A DNA stretch of 64,000 nt from Leptolyngbyaceae cyanobacterium (GCA_050331235.1 JBHJHA010000088.1:13376-77375); one strand, 5' to 3'. Positions 22,076-34,400 are shown, counted from the stretch's first letter. The notes: generated by a model from the letters alone, not told the origin. Made by a program: numbers and translations.

Positions 22076-22240
22076 GAATTTCGATTTCGATATCTCATCA
22101 CAGTTTGATGATGCCCAAATCTCAGCGATTACGCTGATAGCGCTGTTGTTTGGAGCTTAGACATCTTTCTTTCAGAAGACGTCAAAGACGCAGTTTCCGA
22201 CTAACTTTAGGATGTTGAGTAATGTAAAGGTTGAGAGCTA

Positions 22241-22675
22241 GTGGTTACGGCAGGCAAACGATCAGGAAAGGTCCAATGGGAAAAGTTTAAGGATGAGTCT
22301 GTCGTTACAAGCTACTTTGAACATTTCAATGCGGGTGAGTTTGAACAGGCGGCCCATCTGTTTACTCCAGAGGGTATGCTACAGCCGCCGTTTGAAGAGC
22401 CTGTGGTTAGCCCGACCGCGATCGCTCAATATCTCAAGTCTCAGGCCAAAGGGATGCAGGCATTTCCTAAAGAAGTTGAACTGGATGATGCGTCAGCCCC
22501 ACAGCTTTGCCAAGTCGTAGTTCGTGGGCAAGTTACGGCCGTGGTTTTTAAAGTCAATGCGGCCTGGATCTTTGAGCTCAGCCCCACCGGTCAGATTCAG
22601 CATCTACGCGTAAAGCTACTGGCAACTATGCAGGAGCTGCTCAATCTAAGGGATCCTCACGCTAAGCCGGAGTAA
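22241..22675 (+). CDS. NTF2-fold OCP C-terminal-domain homologue (CTDH/CCP-like)
   Basis: YFEHFNAGEF..LF..G.LQPPFEEPVV..AIAQYL and VNAAWIF..VKLLAT.QELLNLR resemble the OCP C-terminal domain. Confidence 0.8.
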   Translation: MVTAGKRSGKVQWEKFKDESVVTSYFEHFNAGEFEQAAHLFTPEGMLQPPFEEPVVSPTAIAQYLKSQAKGMQAFPKEVELDDASAPQLCQVVVRGQVTAVVFKVNAAWIFELSPTGQIQHLRVKLLATMQELLNLRDPHAKPE

Positions 22676-22887
22676 CTGCGATAACACTATTTGTGTTAGC
22701 TGTTGGCAGTTATTTAAGGAAGTTAGAAGGCGATCATGCCTTTGTGTTTTGCAGGCTTAACTTCTGTTGGGATTTCTAACCTAGCGATCGCTAGCCTCAC
22801 CTTGATGCTGTTCGAGGGCCGCCAATCGGTGGGAAAATAGACGCAGTATCTTGTTATCCTCTTACCGCTGGATTTTTGCTTAGCACC

Positions 22888-23460
22888 ATGCCCTCGATTA
22901 ATCAGTTGGTTCCGCCTTCCATTTTTGGCTTGACTTGCCTGCTGTTTATTGGTCTGTTCTTTTTTATTCGCGCCTCCACCAAAGACCGAACAGAGACGGC
23001 CCAGTATGCCACCCCCTTAGAGGCAGTCCCCCTTTTAGAAAGCTTGCAGCAGTACTTTTCTAATCGGTCCTATCGAGTTATTGAGGTCAATCAGACCTCT
23101 GGACAAATCGCTCTGGAAGGGGCCGTTGGCGCAAGTCTCTTTTTGGCTGTATTTTTAGGCACACTGGCAGGAATTGGATTGTTGTGCCTCGCCTTTGTAT
23201 TGGCGATCGCGATGCCTGGGTTAGGGCAATGGCCCTACAGTTTGCTGCTGCTATCGCCATTAGCAGCTTGGTTCTATTGGCGGGGCGCGACTCGCACTGA
23301 GCAAGTTACTTTCAAAATTCTGTCGCCTGATGAATTAAGCGTGGATAGCGAAATGCCAGCTCAGTCGGCGACTCAAACCCAACTCCAGGTCACAGCCCAT
23401 CGTGACGAGCTGGCTACACTCACTTCACAGCTACCTTTAAAGCGTCGAGAGGCAGAGTAA
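22888..23460 (+). CDS. Cofactor assembly of complex C subunit B (CCB1/DUF3529)
   Basis: GLFFFIRASTKDRT, FYWRGA.R.EQV and TAHRDEL motifs; three TM segments. Confidence 0.85.
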   Translation: MPSINQLVPPSIFGLTCLLFIGLFFFIRASTKDRTETAQYATPLEAVPLLESLQQYFSNRSYRVIEVNQTSGQIALEGAVGASLFLAVFLGTLAGIGLLCLAFVLAIAMPGLGQWPYSLLLLSPLAAWFYWRGATRTEQVTFKILSPDELSVDSEMPAQSATQTQLQVTAHRDELATLTSQLPLKRREAE

Positions 23461-23559
23461 AAACTCTACCTCTCGAGGGGAGTGGATTTTATTTTCCCGG
23501 CTAAAAATTCACTTTGGGATTGACTTTTGAGGCATCCCTTTAAGCCGTTCGGTGAAATC

Positions 23560-23874
23560 CTATTTAGACAAGCTAACAACCTCGTCTTCTTCTTCGTTGA
23601 GAAGGGCTCTCAAGCTGGGGAACAGAAAGTGATTCTCTTCGACATATTGGGCACCAAAGAGGCCTTTCTCAGCCCAAAAGTATCGATCAGTTGTGTGCTC
23701 GTTGCGTTTCACAAGCAACAATGCTGGGGGGGCAATGTTTTCATTGTGGATAAAATTACGAGCGGCAGTAACGGGCTTATCAGTTCCACTTTCGATACTA
23801 TACTGGGGCACGCACTCCAGTATTCGCCGGCCTTCTAGACGACGGCGGCTCTTGCGTTTACGTCTTCTTGCCAA
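23560..23874 (-). CDS. DUF3155 family cyanobacterial conserved protein
   Basis: MARRRKRKSRRR..GRRILE..KPVTAAR..RNEHTTDRYFWAEKGLFGAQY. Confidence 0.88.
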   Translation of the reverse strand: MARRRKRKSRRRLEGRRILECVPQYSIESGTDKPVTAARNFIHNENIAPPALLLVKRNEHTTDRYFWAEKGLFGAQYVEENHFLFPSLRALLNEEEDEVVSLSK

Positions 23875-24147
23875 CCTGCCTACCTCCTACTCTCGGTCTA
23901 CATCTTTGAGGGGGTGTATGTAGTTTGTGTTACAAAACCCCCAACCCTGCAAAGTATATCCGGTAAAAACTAAAATTTCAACTTGTTTTGTGCCTATGCC
24001 GGGTAAGTAGCGTGGTTAAATAGTAGATTTCTACAACTGCTTTGCCTGACAGTAACCTGCGTTAAGTAGTACATTTAAGCTGTTGCCGGCGGGTAATTTT
24101 TTCCTTGCTAAAGGGAGCGTTGGCAAAAGGGACTTTAGACGTTGTTT

Positions 24148-25539
24148 ATGATGCTAATGCCTGCGAGTGCAGAGTTTGCGACTCTGTGTCAGTCTCAGCT
24201 AGCGATGATAACCGAATGGGTGGGCGCTGAGTCAGCGGCTGTATATTTGGCCGAAAGTTGGTCAGATCAAATGACGCCGAAGCTGTTACCGGTAGCGGTT
24301 TATCCGAGGGAGGCTACTCGGCAAGAGGCCGTTGTTGGTGATAAAGCTTTACCCAAAGTGTCGGCAAAATCGACCGCGTTACTCAATCAATCAGGAGCCG
24401 TTGCTGTCAAACCATGGGCTGATAATACATTTTCCACCGACACCGATCCTGGAGAACAATCAATGGAGGCTCAGCGCCTGGCGATTCCGATGATGCATGA
24501 AGGCGGGGTGCTGGGTATTTTGGTGGGCTGGCGCACTGACCGAGACTGGCTGGATACCGATCGCCATCGAATGGAAGAATGCGCGCGATCGCTCAGCCTG
24601 GCCTGCGTATTAGATCAGCGCGGGCAGTGGTTGAAGACCCAGATGAGCTCGCTGGATCACGTCCAGGCCCAGCAGTCTGATCGTTTCCACGAGCTGCTAC
24701 ACCAGCTCAAAAGTCCCCTCACCGCCCTCAAAACCTTTGGGCGGCTGCTCAATCGGCGGCTACCTTCCGAAGATCCCAACCAGCGCTTGGTCTCCAATAT
24801 GCTGCGTGAGAGCGATCGCATGCAGGAGTTGCTGGGCTATTTTGACGATACCCTCCAGGCTGCCGACGATACTCGCGAAGAAGCGGCCACGACGGTTCCT
24901 TTGCTATTGCCTGCTGATGGAGACACTGAGGCGGCTCTGCCGATTGCGGAAACTCCGACGCCTGGGTCGCTAGCGCATTTTGGGGGGACGTTGACGATGC
25001 GTCCCTGCGCAGTGGCTTCATTCTTGCTGCCCTTGGTCGATATGACCCAGCCTCTGGCGGAAGACGTGAATATGGAGCTTTACACCATTCCCCCTAGTGA
25101 ACCTGTTTGGGTCCAGGCAGATCCTAAAGCTTTGCTAGAAGTGCTCAATATCTTACTCGAAAATGCCCTCAAGTATGCCCAATCAAGCAATCAGATTTGG
25201 TTGCAGTGGGGTCTACTATCCGCTCAGCAGCCCCACATGACGGGCATTCTCGTGGGGGATACTGGGCCGGGCATTCCCCAGACGGATCAAGCTCATATTT
25301 TTGAGCGTCACTATCGCGGGCAGCAGGCCGATGGAGAACAGGAAGGCAGTGGACTCGGCCTCGCGATCGCGGTTGATCTGATCCAGGAGATGCAGGGAAT
25401 GATTGCCGTTTTTAGCCCACTTGCGGCTCTCCCATGGGCTTTGCCCCTGACCGTTGGGGCTATAGATGAGCAGCGGGGCACAGCCTTTGTGGTGTGGTTG
25501 CCACAGGCGATCACCGTGGACTCCTTACCTGAAGTCTGA
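24148..25539 (+). CDS. GAF-like sensor histidine kinase
   Basis: LLHQLKSPLTALKTFG H-box, ILLENALKY, DTGPGI, IFERHYRG, GSGLGLAI; start approximate. Confidence 0.88.
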   Translation: MMLMPASAEFATLCQSQLAMITEWVGAESAAVYLAESWSDQMTPKLLPVAVYPREATRQEAVVGDKALPKVSAKSTALLNQSGAVAVKPWADNTFSTDTDPGEQSMEAQRLAIPMMHEGGVLGILVGWRTDRDWLDTDRHRMEECARSLSLACVLDQRGQWLKTQMSSLDHVQAQQSDRFHELLHQLKSPLTALKTFGRLLNRRLPSEDPNQRLVSNMLRESDRMQELLGYFDDTLQAADDTREEAATTVPLLLPADGDTEAALPIAETPTPGSLAHFGGTLTMRPCAVASFLLPLVDMTQPLAEDVNMELYTIPPSEPVWVQADPKALLEVLNILLENALKYAQSSNQIWLQWGLLSAQQPHMTGILVGDTGPGIPQTDQAHIFERHYRGQQADGEQEGSGLGLAIAVDLIQEMQGMIAVFSPLAALPWALPLTVGAIDEQRGTAFVVWLPQAITVDSLPEV

Positions 25540-25567
25540 GATAATTCCACCCACCCAAAGTCTAAAA

Positions 25568-25969
25568 TTATGGCGAAAGGACTGTGCTGGCAACGTATCC
25601 TTTCATCACGAGGTCCGTGACGGATACGATACCTAGCAACTCGCCCGCCTGGATGACTGGTGCCCGCTGAATACCCGCCTCAGACATCGCCAAGGCCGCT
25701 TCAATTAGGGTTAACTGCGGCTCTACAGCAACACAGGGCTGGCGCATGATGTCTTGTACACGTACCCGGTCGGGCTCCAAGTTGCGGGCAAAGACCTTAT
25801 ACACAATGTCTCGCTCCGTTAGCACACCGTAGGGCAGTTCAGGCGCAGGACGGTCGACGATAAGCGATCGCACGCCGTGGGTCTGCATTTGCACAATGGC
25901 ATTTGCGACCGTGGCTAAACGATCAATTACTTGTACTTCCCGAGTCATGATATCGGCGACTGTCAACAT
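25568..25969 (-). CDS. CBS-pair domain protein
   Basis: VADIMTREV, YGVLTERDIV, LLGIVSVTDL. Confidence 0.9.
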   Translation of the reverse strand: MLTVADIMTREVQVIDRLATVANAIVQMQTHGVRSLIVDRPAPELPYGVLTERDIVYKVFARNLEPDRVRVQDIMRQPCVAVEPQLTLIEAALAMSEAGIQRAPVIQAGELLGIVSVTDLVMKGYVASTVLSP

Positions 25970-26113
25970 TGGTTTCTGCTTCCTCCTGCTGATTCCATAT
26001 TTAAGCTGGTGCGGATGCCAAGGGGCCTCATCCTCTGTTTATCCTGGCCAGAGTAAAGCCTGTTTCAGCTATATCTGCGGGATATTTTTAGCTTTTAGCG
26101 AGAAAGTCATCCA

Positions 26114-26145
26114 AAAAAAAGCTACCTGTTGCAACAGGTAGCTTT
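26114..26145 (-). terminator. Rho-independent terminator
   Basis: Perfect palindrome AAAGCTACCTGTTGCAACAGGTAGCTTT preceded by an A-run, which is a U-tract on the minus strand; lies downstream of the small ORF 26220-26363. Confidence 0.75.
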
Positions 26146-26219
26146 GACATCTACAAAACCTCAATGCGTTGTCAACTTTCAGTTCAGGAGAAACTCCGTG
26201 CCGTTACCGACGACGAGTC

Positions 26220-26363
26220 TCAAGCCGACAATATTTTGCGCCACCAAACTCTACGTCGAGTATCAACCAGGGCGCCACAACCGCTACATTTCTTGATGCC
26301 ACGGACTCGTATACGTCGCAACTTAGTCTCACCACAGTTAGGGCAATGAACGGAATGGGTCAT
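26220..26363 (-). CDS. Small basic zinc-ribbon-like protein (47 aa), not in the ORF track
   Basis: Translated by hand: MTHSVHCPNCGETKLRRIRVRGIKKCSGCGALVDTRRRVWWRKILSA. Two CxxCG knuckles, AAAGG upstream of the ATG, terminator downstream. Confidence 0.72.
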   Translation of the reverse strand: MTHSVHCPNCGETKLRRIRVRGIKKCSGCGALVDTRRRVWWRKILSA

Positions 26364-26631
26364 GATGCGCCTTTAAAGGTTGGATAGTACTCACCTTGAA
26401 TACAGTTCTATCGTGCTAATTTTCTGACTTAAGGACCCCCAAGACACTACCTAACCTGGCATAGAGCCCCCGGCTAGTTTTATGAGGTTTTACGGTTGGC
26501 AGCCCCAAACCAGTGCTTTTACCTAGGGCCACTCTGGAAATTGTCTGCTGTTGCCATGATGATGGCGCTGCTAGGCCGTACGGCTCAGCAGCGTAAATGG
26601 CGCCACTGAGCCCGTGGGGACTGGCGATCGC

Positions 26632-27048
26632 TCAGCTAAACAGGTCTAGGGGAAGGGGGCCGTAGGTGCCATTTATGACATCAACGTCAGGGTCAGAGGC
26701 ATGGAAAGTGATCAAAACGCCACGAGATGGACCGGAATAGCTGTCTACATACCAAGCACCATTAAGAGTATTGAATTTGAAAAATACTGGTCCCTCGACC
26801 GGAGACAACGTTAATTTGACCGGCTGACTGAGTGCCGCGACATAGGCCTCTAAAGCCGCTTTGCCCAGAGTGGCCTGAGCGGCACAGACACCAATCGTTT
26901 GATAATCCGAAACCTGATTAAACGTCTGCAAAATTTCCCGCAGTTCGAGGCGTTCGGCGTCGGCAAGGGCTGGCGGTACATCTAACCGGCTAAAGCGTCC
27001 CAAACGCCGACGCTGCTCAAGATAGGGGGAAGGAACAGAATCTATCAT
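26632..27048 (-). CDS. DUF1824 family protein
   Basis: SDYQTIGVCA, GPVFFKFN, Y.G.SRGVLI, GTYGPLPLDLF. Confidence 0.85.
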   Translation of the reverse strand: MIDSVPSPYLEQRRRLGRFSRLDVPPALADAERLELREILQTFNQVSDYQTIGVCAAQATLGKAALEAYVAALSQPVKLTLSPVEGPVFFKFNTLNGAWYVDSYSGPSRGVLITFHASDPDVDVINGTYGPLPLDLFS

Positions 27049-27144
27049 GGCTCACTACTCAACGTACCGTTAATGCCAAAAGTCTCTCGGGCTTAATGAG
27101 TATACGGGGTCGAGCCCATTTTGATTAACGGCTCAGGTGTAGCG

Positions 27145-27894
27145 ATGACGACTTATCAGGTACGCGTGACGGATATGCCCTCCAGCGAGCGGCCGCGGGA
27201 GCGGTTGCTCGCCCAGGGGGCCAAAACCCTCGCCACCGCGGAGCTGATTGCCATACTGTTGGGAACTGGGCAAGGGCCAGGCAAACTCTCAGCGGTGGGG
27301 TTGGGCCAGTATGTTTTGCAGTGCTTGGGGACAAACCAGCGGGACGCCATGGGAGTGCTGCGTGATGTATCAGCCCAAGAGCTGATGGAGATTCCTGGAG
27401 TGGGTCCAGCCAAGGCAACGAGCATCTTAGCTGCGATCGAATTGGGTAAACGGGTATTACAGTCTCGCCCACCCGAAAAAACCATAGTCGATGATCCGAG
27501 TGTGGCGGCTGCCGCCATGAGCCATGAGTTGATGTGGCAATCACAAGAGCGGTTTGCGGTCTTATTCCTCGACATCAAGCACCGGATCTTAGGGATGAAA
27601 GTAATCACCATTGGCACCGCCACTGAGACACTCGCCCACCCGCGAGATATTTTCCGAGAGGTTTTGCGCTATGGAGCCACTCGCATCATCGTGGCGCATA
27701 ATCATCCCACTGGCAGCCTCGAACCGTCTCAGGCAGACATTGAGCTCACTCAGCAACTACTGGAGGCTGCTAACATCCTCGGTATTCCCATCCTTGATCA
27801 TTTGATTTTAGGGAATGGTGATTTCAGTAGTTTGCGCCAGGTCACGGCCCTCTGGCAAGCCGCAGCAACTGCTCAAGCGCTAAATGCCAGCTAA
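27145..27894 (+). CDS. radC: RadC (JAB-domain) protein
   Basis: [17 protein letters not shown], HhH motif [12 protein letters not shown] motif AHNHPTG..PS..D, LDHLI. Confidence 0.93.
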   Translation: MTTYQVRVTDMPSSERPRERLLAQGAKTLATAELIAILLGTGQGPGKLSAVGLGQYVLQCLGTNQRDAMGVLRDVSAQELMEIPGVGPAKATSILAAIELGKRVLQSRPPEKTIVDDPSVAAAAMSHELMWQSQERFAVLFLDIKHRILGMKVITIGTATETLAHPRDIFREVLRYGATRIIVAHNHPTGSLEPSQADIELTQQLLEAANILGIPILDHLILGNGDFSSLRQVTALWQAAATAQALNAS

Positions 27895-28053
27895 TTTACC
27901 GTTGTCATTTCATATGGTTACTCCGGATGGAGCAATGGGCGAATGAGACATCATCGCCATCGGAAACTGTCTATGGGTGACCAACAAAAATGCCTTTAGG
28001 TTGAATAGATGCTGAGGCAGTTTTTGGCCTTTGTAAGAACTATTCCACAGGCA

Positions 28054-28093
28054 TAGGGGAGATGAGCAGGATAGCGCGTAGGGGAGATGAGCA
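28054..28093. repeat. 15-bp direct repeat (TAGGGGAGATGAGCA x2)
   Basis: Exact copies at 28054-28068 and 28079-28093. Confidence 0.8.
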
Positions 28094-28432
28094 AAATGGC
28101 TGACAAATGAATTTCAGGGCACCTAGCCCTTTATTAACCGGGCAGAGCGGACTACCCGACAAGTTCCTGGTGCTGACTATGAGCTTAAAAATATGGCACT
28201 TGAAAACCTTTAAGAAAGCTTTGAATATTGAAGCGCTCAATACAAGATATGTTGATTGATATGAGGTTGATTCTAGTGGCTAACTTTGGGGCTTTGGGGC
28301 TGCTGCACAGTTCTGAAAGTTGCGGCTAGGGACGTCGGGGAAGAGGGTTGTGGTAGGAAGGAGCGGAAAATATATGCTGCGGTGGTTGCGGGCCGATCTA
28401 CAGGTTTCAGGGTCTTAAAACTTAAGCCTTCA

Positions 28433-31400
28433 ATGACAAATCAAGATCGTGATTGGATAGAGTCACCATTGTTTGATGGAATCTGTGATTCGCCTTTAGC
28501 CTTATCTCCTAACGATTCGGTGGCGATCGCGATCGCGCAGATGACGGCTGCGAGTAATTATCATTCCCCACCGGATCATCAATCAGTTCCTCCGCTTTGT
28601 GATCAGGTGAGAGCGCACTGTGCGGTGGTGGTTGACCAAGCCCAGATCGTGGGTGTGTTGACTAGCCAAGAGCTTTTCCAGTTTCAGACTCGAGGGCAGA
28701 TAGCGAGTGAGCATTTGGTGCAGGAGATCATGCAGCCTGATTTTGTCAGGGTGACGCTGCGGGATTCTCGTCAAACTGTTCAGCGGCAACTGGTCGAGCG
28801 CGGTGCTCCCTGTGCTGTAGTTGCCGATGATCAGGGTGGACTTATCGGGATCATCACTCCCGCCACCTTGCTAGCCGCCCTAGAGGCCTCAAATTCTGCG
28901 TCTCAGACTCAGAATTCATCACCGGCGTCCTGGACTAGCGCTAAGCAATCGCGACCACAGCATAGCGATCTCGCCACATCTGAGCCTGAGATCAGCGAGA
29001 GGATCCCAGAGGGGATTTATCAGGCGCTGTTTGACCAGTCGGTGTTAGGAATTGCCCTAAGCCGCTTAGATACAGAAATTCCGCAACCCTTACACATTAA
29101 TCAAAAGCTCTGTGAACTGCTGGGATATTCCAGAGACGCACTCATGACCATGAGCTTTATGGATATCATCCCACCGGAGGATTTACCGATCGCCCGTGAG
29201 AGCATCCAGCGCTTGTTAGCGCATCCCGAGCGAGGGCAAAGCGTTGTTCACCGGTTTATGCGGCGCGATGGTAGCGTCTTTTGGGCCCAGGTGACGCTTA
29301 CGTTGTTGAGCGGCGTGCCCCAGTATCCGCCGGTCAAACTAGTGCTCATTGAGGATATTAGCGATCGCAAGGCGTTAGAGGCAGAGCTATCTGGTGCCTT
29401 CCAGAAAATGGGCGCGGTGCTTGATAGCGCCGACGTTGGGATCGTCCGCTTGCGATTTTATCGTGACACGTCCATTGAGTACGACTACATATCGCCCAAC
29501 TGCGAGAAAAATTTTGGCTACACCGAGGCAGAGCTGAAGAATAATTCAGACCTGTGGCGATCGCGCATTCATCCTGATGATTGGGCTAGTTCTGTGTTGC
29601 CGGCTATGCATGCTCTGCTGAGCGACCACAGCGGCAAACCCCAAACCGTAACTTGCGAATATCGCTATCAGCGCAAAGACGGCTCCACCTGCTGGCTCTT
29701 GGGCAAATGCCAGGGGCATTGGATGGCGGCGGGGGGATATTGGAGTGTTACCGTTGTCGACACCGACATTAGTCACCAAAAAATAGCTGAGGCCGAACTG
29801 CAAGCAACCACCGCTCGGCTCCGCAACATTGTCGAGTCGATGCATGACTGGGTTTGGGAAATCGACGCCAACGGCATCACGACTTATTGCGGACCACAGG
29901 TACAGCGCTTGCTCGGCTACGAGCCGAAAGACTTGATGGGGCGATCGTTTGAGGTCTTTATGGACCCAGCCGAAGCAACCCGAGTCGCTGCCATTTTTCA
30001 ACAACTAGCCGCTAATCGAGACTCCTTTCTCAATTTGGCGGCGACCCTGCGGCACAAAAATGGACAGCCCGTCATGATTGAGTCCAGTGGTGCTCCAATT
30101 TTAGATAGTGAGGGCAACTGCTGCGGCTTTGTCGGGGTCGATCGCGACGTTAGCGATATCAGGCGGGCAGCGCAAAAGCTGGATGCCTACAACCAACTGC
30201 TGGTCAAAACAGCTCGCAATGAGCCCCTCGCAACGGTTTTACAGGCTAGCGTCCACACGGCCCAGCAATTGCTCGACACCAGCGCCGCAACCCTCTTTTT
30301 GCTAGATGAAACCGCTCACCTCAAGTGCCTTGCTGCCACTGACTTTCCGCCAGCTCTGAGCCAACTGATCGAAGCCAGTGACCAAGACGCGGCGATTCCG
30401 TGTGCTGCCGTAACCCAACGGCAGGAACCGCTCATCTGCGCTGATCTCCGAGCTGATGAGCGCTGGCCTGGCTATGGAGACTTGGCGCTAGACTACGGAT
30501 TCCAATCGGTTTGGTCTTATCCCCTCACTCAGGCAGACGGTAGCCCCTTAGGCGCGTTTGCCCTGTACTATCGGGAACCCAGATCGCCGCAGCCCACAAA
30601 ACTCGACTTCATGGCTCAGTTGGCCAATATCGCTGAGATTGCCATTACGAAAGCGCAAACCACGATCGCCCTGCAGGACAGTGAAGACTATTACCGTTGC
30701 CTGTTCAATCAGTCTTCTGCGGGGATTTTCACCACCCGTGACGGGCACTTTATTGACGCTAACGTCCGAGGCTGTGAGTTATTGGGATATTCGCGGGCAG
30801 AGCTGTTGACCAAGTCAGTGGCGGATATCACCCATCCCGACGACATGGTGCCCATCGTCCCCATTCAAGACCAGCTGATGACGGGCGAAACCAGTTTCTT
30901 TACCCAGGAAAAACGGTATATCCGCAAAGATGGTAGCCAGTTTTGGGGCAGCTTAGAGGTGGTGCTGGTACGAGACCAAAGCGGTGCCCCCAAGTGCTAC
31001 ATGGCGGTGGTGTACGACATCACCAGTCGCAAACTGGCGGAACAGCAGCGACAAGAGAGTGAAGCGCGCTTTCGCGCCATTTTCGACAATATGTATCAGT
31101 TCATTGGCTTGCTCTCGACCGATGGGGTGGTCTTGGAGGTCAATCAAGCCGCGCTCGACTCGATTCAGCAGCCCCGTGAGGCGATCGTTGGGCAACTGAT
31201 TTGGGAAACCCCGTGGTGGGAGATTTCTCAAACCGCCCAAGCTCGGTTAAGAGCAGCGGTTAGCCGGGCAGCCCAGGGAAAATTCATCCGATATGAATGT
31301 GAGTGCTACGGGGCCAACAAAACCTTACTCACCCTCGATTTTTCTCTCCGTCCGCTGATCAATGACCAAGGAGAAGTCGTTTTGCTCATCCCTGAGGGGC

Positions 31401-34400
31401 GCGATTGCACCGAGGCAAAACGACTCGAAGCCGAGCGTGAGCACCTGCTAACCGAACTGCAAAATAGTGAGCAGCGGCTGCAACGGCTCGTAGCCGGGAC
31501 CGCTCGCACCACGGGTGAAGACTTTTTTCCAGCGTTGGTGCAAAACCTTGCTGAGGCGCTGGCTGTGGAGTACAGCCTTGTGGCTGAACTGATTGACTGC
31601 CGCTTGGAAACCCTGGCTTTTTGGGCTCATGGAGCTTTGCAGGCTAATTTTTCCCATGAGCCGGCTTTAGGCCCCTGTGGTAGAGCGCTCCAGGATGCCC
31701 AGTACTTTTGCCGCGACGCGGTACAGAGCTGGTTTCCAGATGACGATCTTTTAGCAGAAATGGGGGTGGAAGGTTACTTAGGCTTGGCCCTGGAAAGCAA
31801 CAGCGGGGAAGCGATGGGGGTGTTATGCATTATGAGTGCCCGGCCGCTGCAAGTGCTCCAAAACTATGAGCCTCTATTGCAGATATTCGCGGCACGGGCA
31901 GCGGCGGAACTCGAACGCCAGCGGACAGAATCAGCTCTCAAGAGCATTGTAGAGGGCACAGCCGCCTTGACCGGACCAGACTTTTTTGCCGCACTTGTAC
32001 GTCACATTGCAGAGGCACTAAGGGTGTCCCACGTATTTATCAGCGAAGCGGTTGAGGGCGATCGCCTACGCTTCTTGGCGGCTTGGGGAGATGGCGAGTA
32101 TTTGCCCAATGACACCGTTGACGCGATAGGGACGACCTGTGCAGTGGCGCTCAGAGAAGGCAGCTACCATTGCGATCGCGATGTGATTGCCCGTTTCCCC
32201 CACAATCCTCGACTGCCCGCCATGCAAGTTGAGAGCTATCAAGGAATAGCCCTGAAAAATCGTGCCGGTCGGGCCATCGGTACCCTGTGTGTATTTGCGC
32301 GTCGGCCTTTACTGATTCCTGACCGCTCAGAACAAACATTGCGAGTCTTTGCCGCCCGAGCCACCGCTGAGCTTGAGCGCTTGCACGCGCAAACGGCCTT
32401 GGAAAGCCTCAACCAAGCCTTAGAGGCACGGGTCGAACGGCGAACGGCGGCCCTGCTAGCGCAGGAGTCGCGATATCGGGCATTGATGAGCGCAGCGCGA
32501 GACATGATCGGTATCGTCGACCTTGACGGCAATGTCTTGGAGGCCAACCCCGTTGCGGCGAGGCTGTTGGGATATAGCCAGGCTGAGCTGACCAGCCTGA
32601 ACCTAGCCCAGCTCCATGCCCCCGAAGATTTGCTGTTTTTACAGACTCAGCATGAAAAGTTAATGCACGGCGAAATCACGTCATACGCTTGTGATCTTGA
32701 CTTTGTTTGCAAAGATGGCAGCCGCCTGCCCACCAGTTGTTCCGTCAGTCTGGTGGATGTAGATGGAACACCCCTGATGATGGGGGTCTTTCGGGATATC
32801 CGCGATCGCAAACAAGCAGAAGCACAATTGCAGGCGCTGTCTGATCGGCTAGAGCTCGCCATCCGATCAGCGGAAATTGGCATCTGGGAATGGAACTTTC
32901 AAACTCAACATTTGACCTGGGATGCCCGGATGTTTGAGATCTACGGCGTGCAGCCTGCGAATTTCCAGCACCGCTACGAAGACTTTGTGAACTGTGTTCA
33001 TCCAGAAGATCTGGGCAAAATCGAACCGGAAACCTTTGAGGAGAACAACAATTTTGCTACGGAGTTTCGCATTGTGCGTCCCGATGGCACAATTCGCCAC
33101 GTATTCTCAACGGCTTTGATTCAAACCGATAGCAGCGGACAACCCGCTCGGGCGGTCGGGGTCAATTTGGACATCACCGCCCGGAAGCTGGCCGAAGAAC
33201 ATCTCCGCGCGAGTGAGCAGCGCTATGCGACCCTGGCGGCGACGGTACCGGTCGGTCTATATCGGTTTGATCCGCGTGGCCGGTGTACCTATATCAACCA
33301 ACGCCTGAGCCAAATTACCGGATTCTCAATGGACGCTGCCCTAGGTTCTGGATGGCCGACCATCTTGCATCCGGCAGATCGCGATCGCGTCCTGGCGCAA
33401 TGGCAACAGACCCTGCAACAGCAATGTCCATTCGAGATGGAATTGCGACTTCAACATGCCGATGGTCGTGTCGTTTGGATTTACGAGTACTGTGTACCAG
33501 AACGGGATGCTTCTGGACGCGTCATCGGCTACGTCGGTACCGTGACGGATATTAGCGATCGTAAGCAGGCTGAGTTGGCGCTACAGCAGCTATCGCAAAA
33601 GCTTTCCTTAGCGTTAAATTCTGGCAGCTTAGGCTACTGGGAATGGAATATTCTCACCAATGAAGTGACTTGGGATGAAAAGCTATACGAATTTCATGGG
33701 TTGACGCAGCTGCCATTGAGCTACGAGCGATTTAGAAAGACTGTTCACGATGAGGATATTGAGCTGCTAGAGCAACTCGTCCAACATGCCGTTGCCGGTG
33801 ACTGCGACTATCACAATGCCCTAGGTCGCTCCTGTCCCTGTGAGCTGATTTATCGCGCTGTCCATCAAGACGGCACCATCACGTTTATAAAAGCTTACGG
33901 CGTCGTACTGCGTGATCACCAAAACCAGCCGACCAGCATGCTAGGGGTCAGTTTCGACGTGACAGATTTCAAGGCGACGCAGGAGCAGTTAACTTTCACC
34001 AATATCGAGCTAGCCCGCGCCACTCGACTCAAAGACGAGTTTTTGGCAAATATGAGTCACGAGCTACGGACGCCGATGAATGCCATTTTAGGGAATACCG
34101 AAGCGATTTTAGAGGGCATTTATGGCGAAGTCTCTAGAGCCCAACAAAATGCCTTAGCGACGATAGAGAGCAGCGGTCACCATTTGTTAAGACTGATCAA
34201 CGAGATCCTTGATTTGGCCAAGATTGAATCGGGTCAAATCAGACTTTACCCCGGTGCTATTAACCTCAAAGTTCTCTGCGAAGAAAGCATTTTATTTATC
34301 CGACAGCAGGCAACCAAAAAGCGCTTGCAGGTCAATCTGCATGTCTCTCCTCAGGTGCCAGTGATTGCTGCTGATGAGCTGCGCATCCGGCAGGTGATAA

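Noticed and set aside
26164..26387. Plus-strand 61-aa and 72-aa ORFs in the track
   Set aside because: No recognisable features; the minus-strand CxxC ORF with RBS and terminator explains the region better.
27145..27894. radC as a marker of a mobile or anti-restriction element
   Set aside because: It is the full-length chromosomal HhH+JAB form, with no integrase or transposase nearby.
28054..28093. CRISPR array
   Set aside because: Only two 15-bp copies with a 10-bp spacer, and no cas genes.
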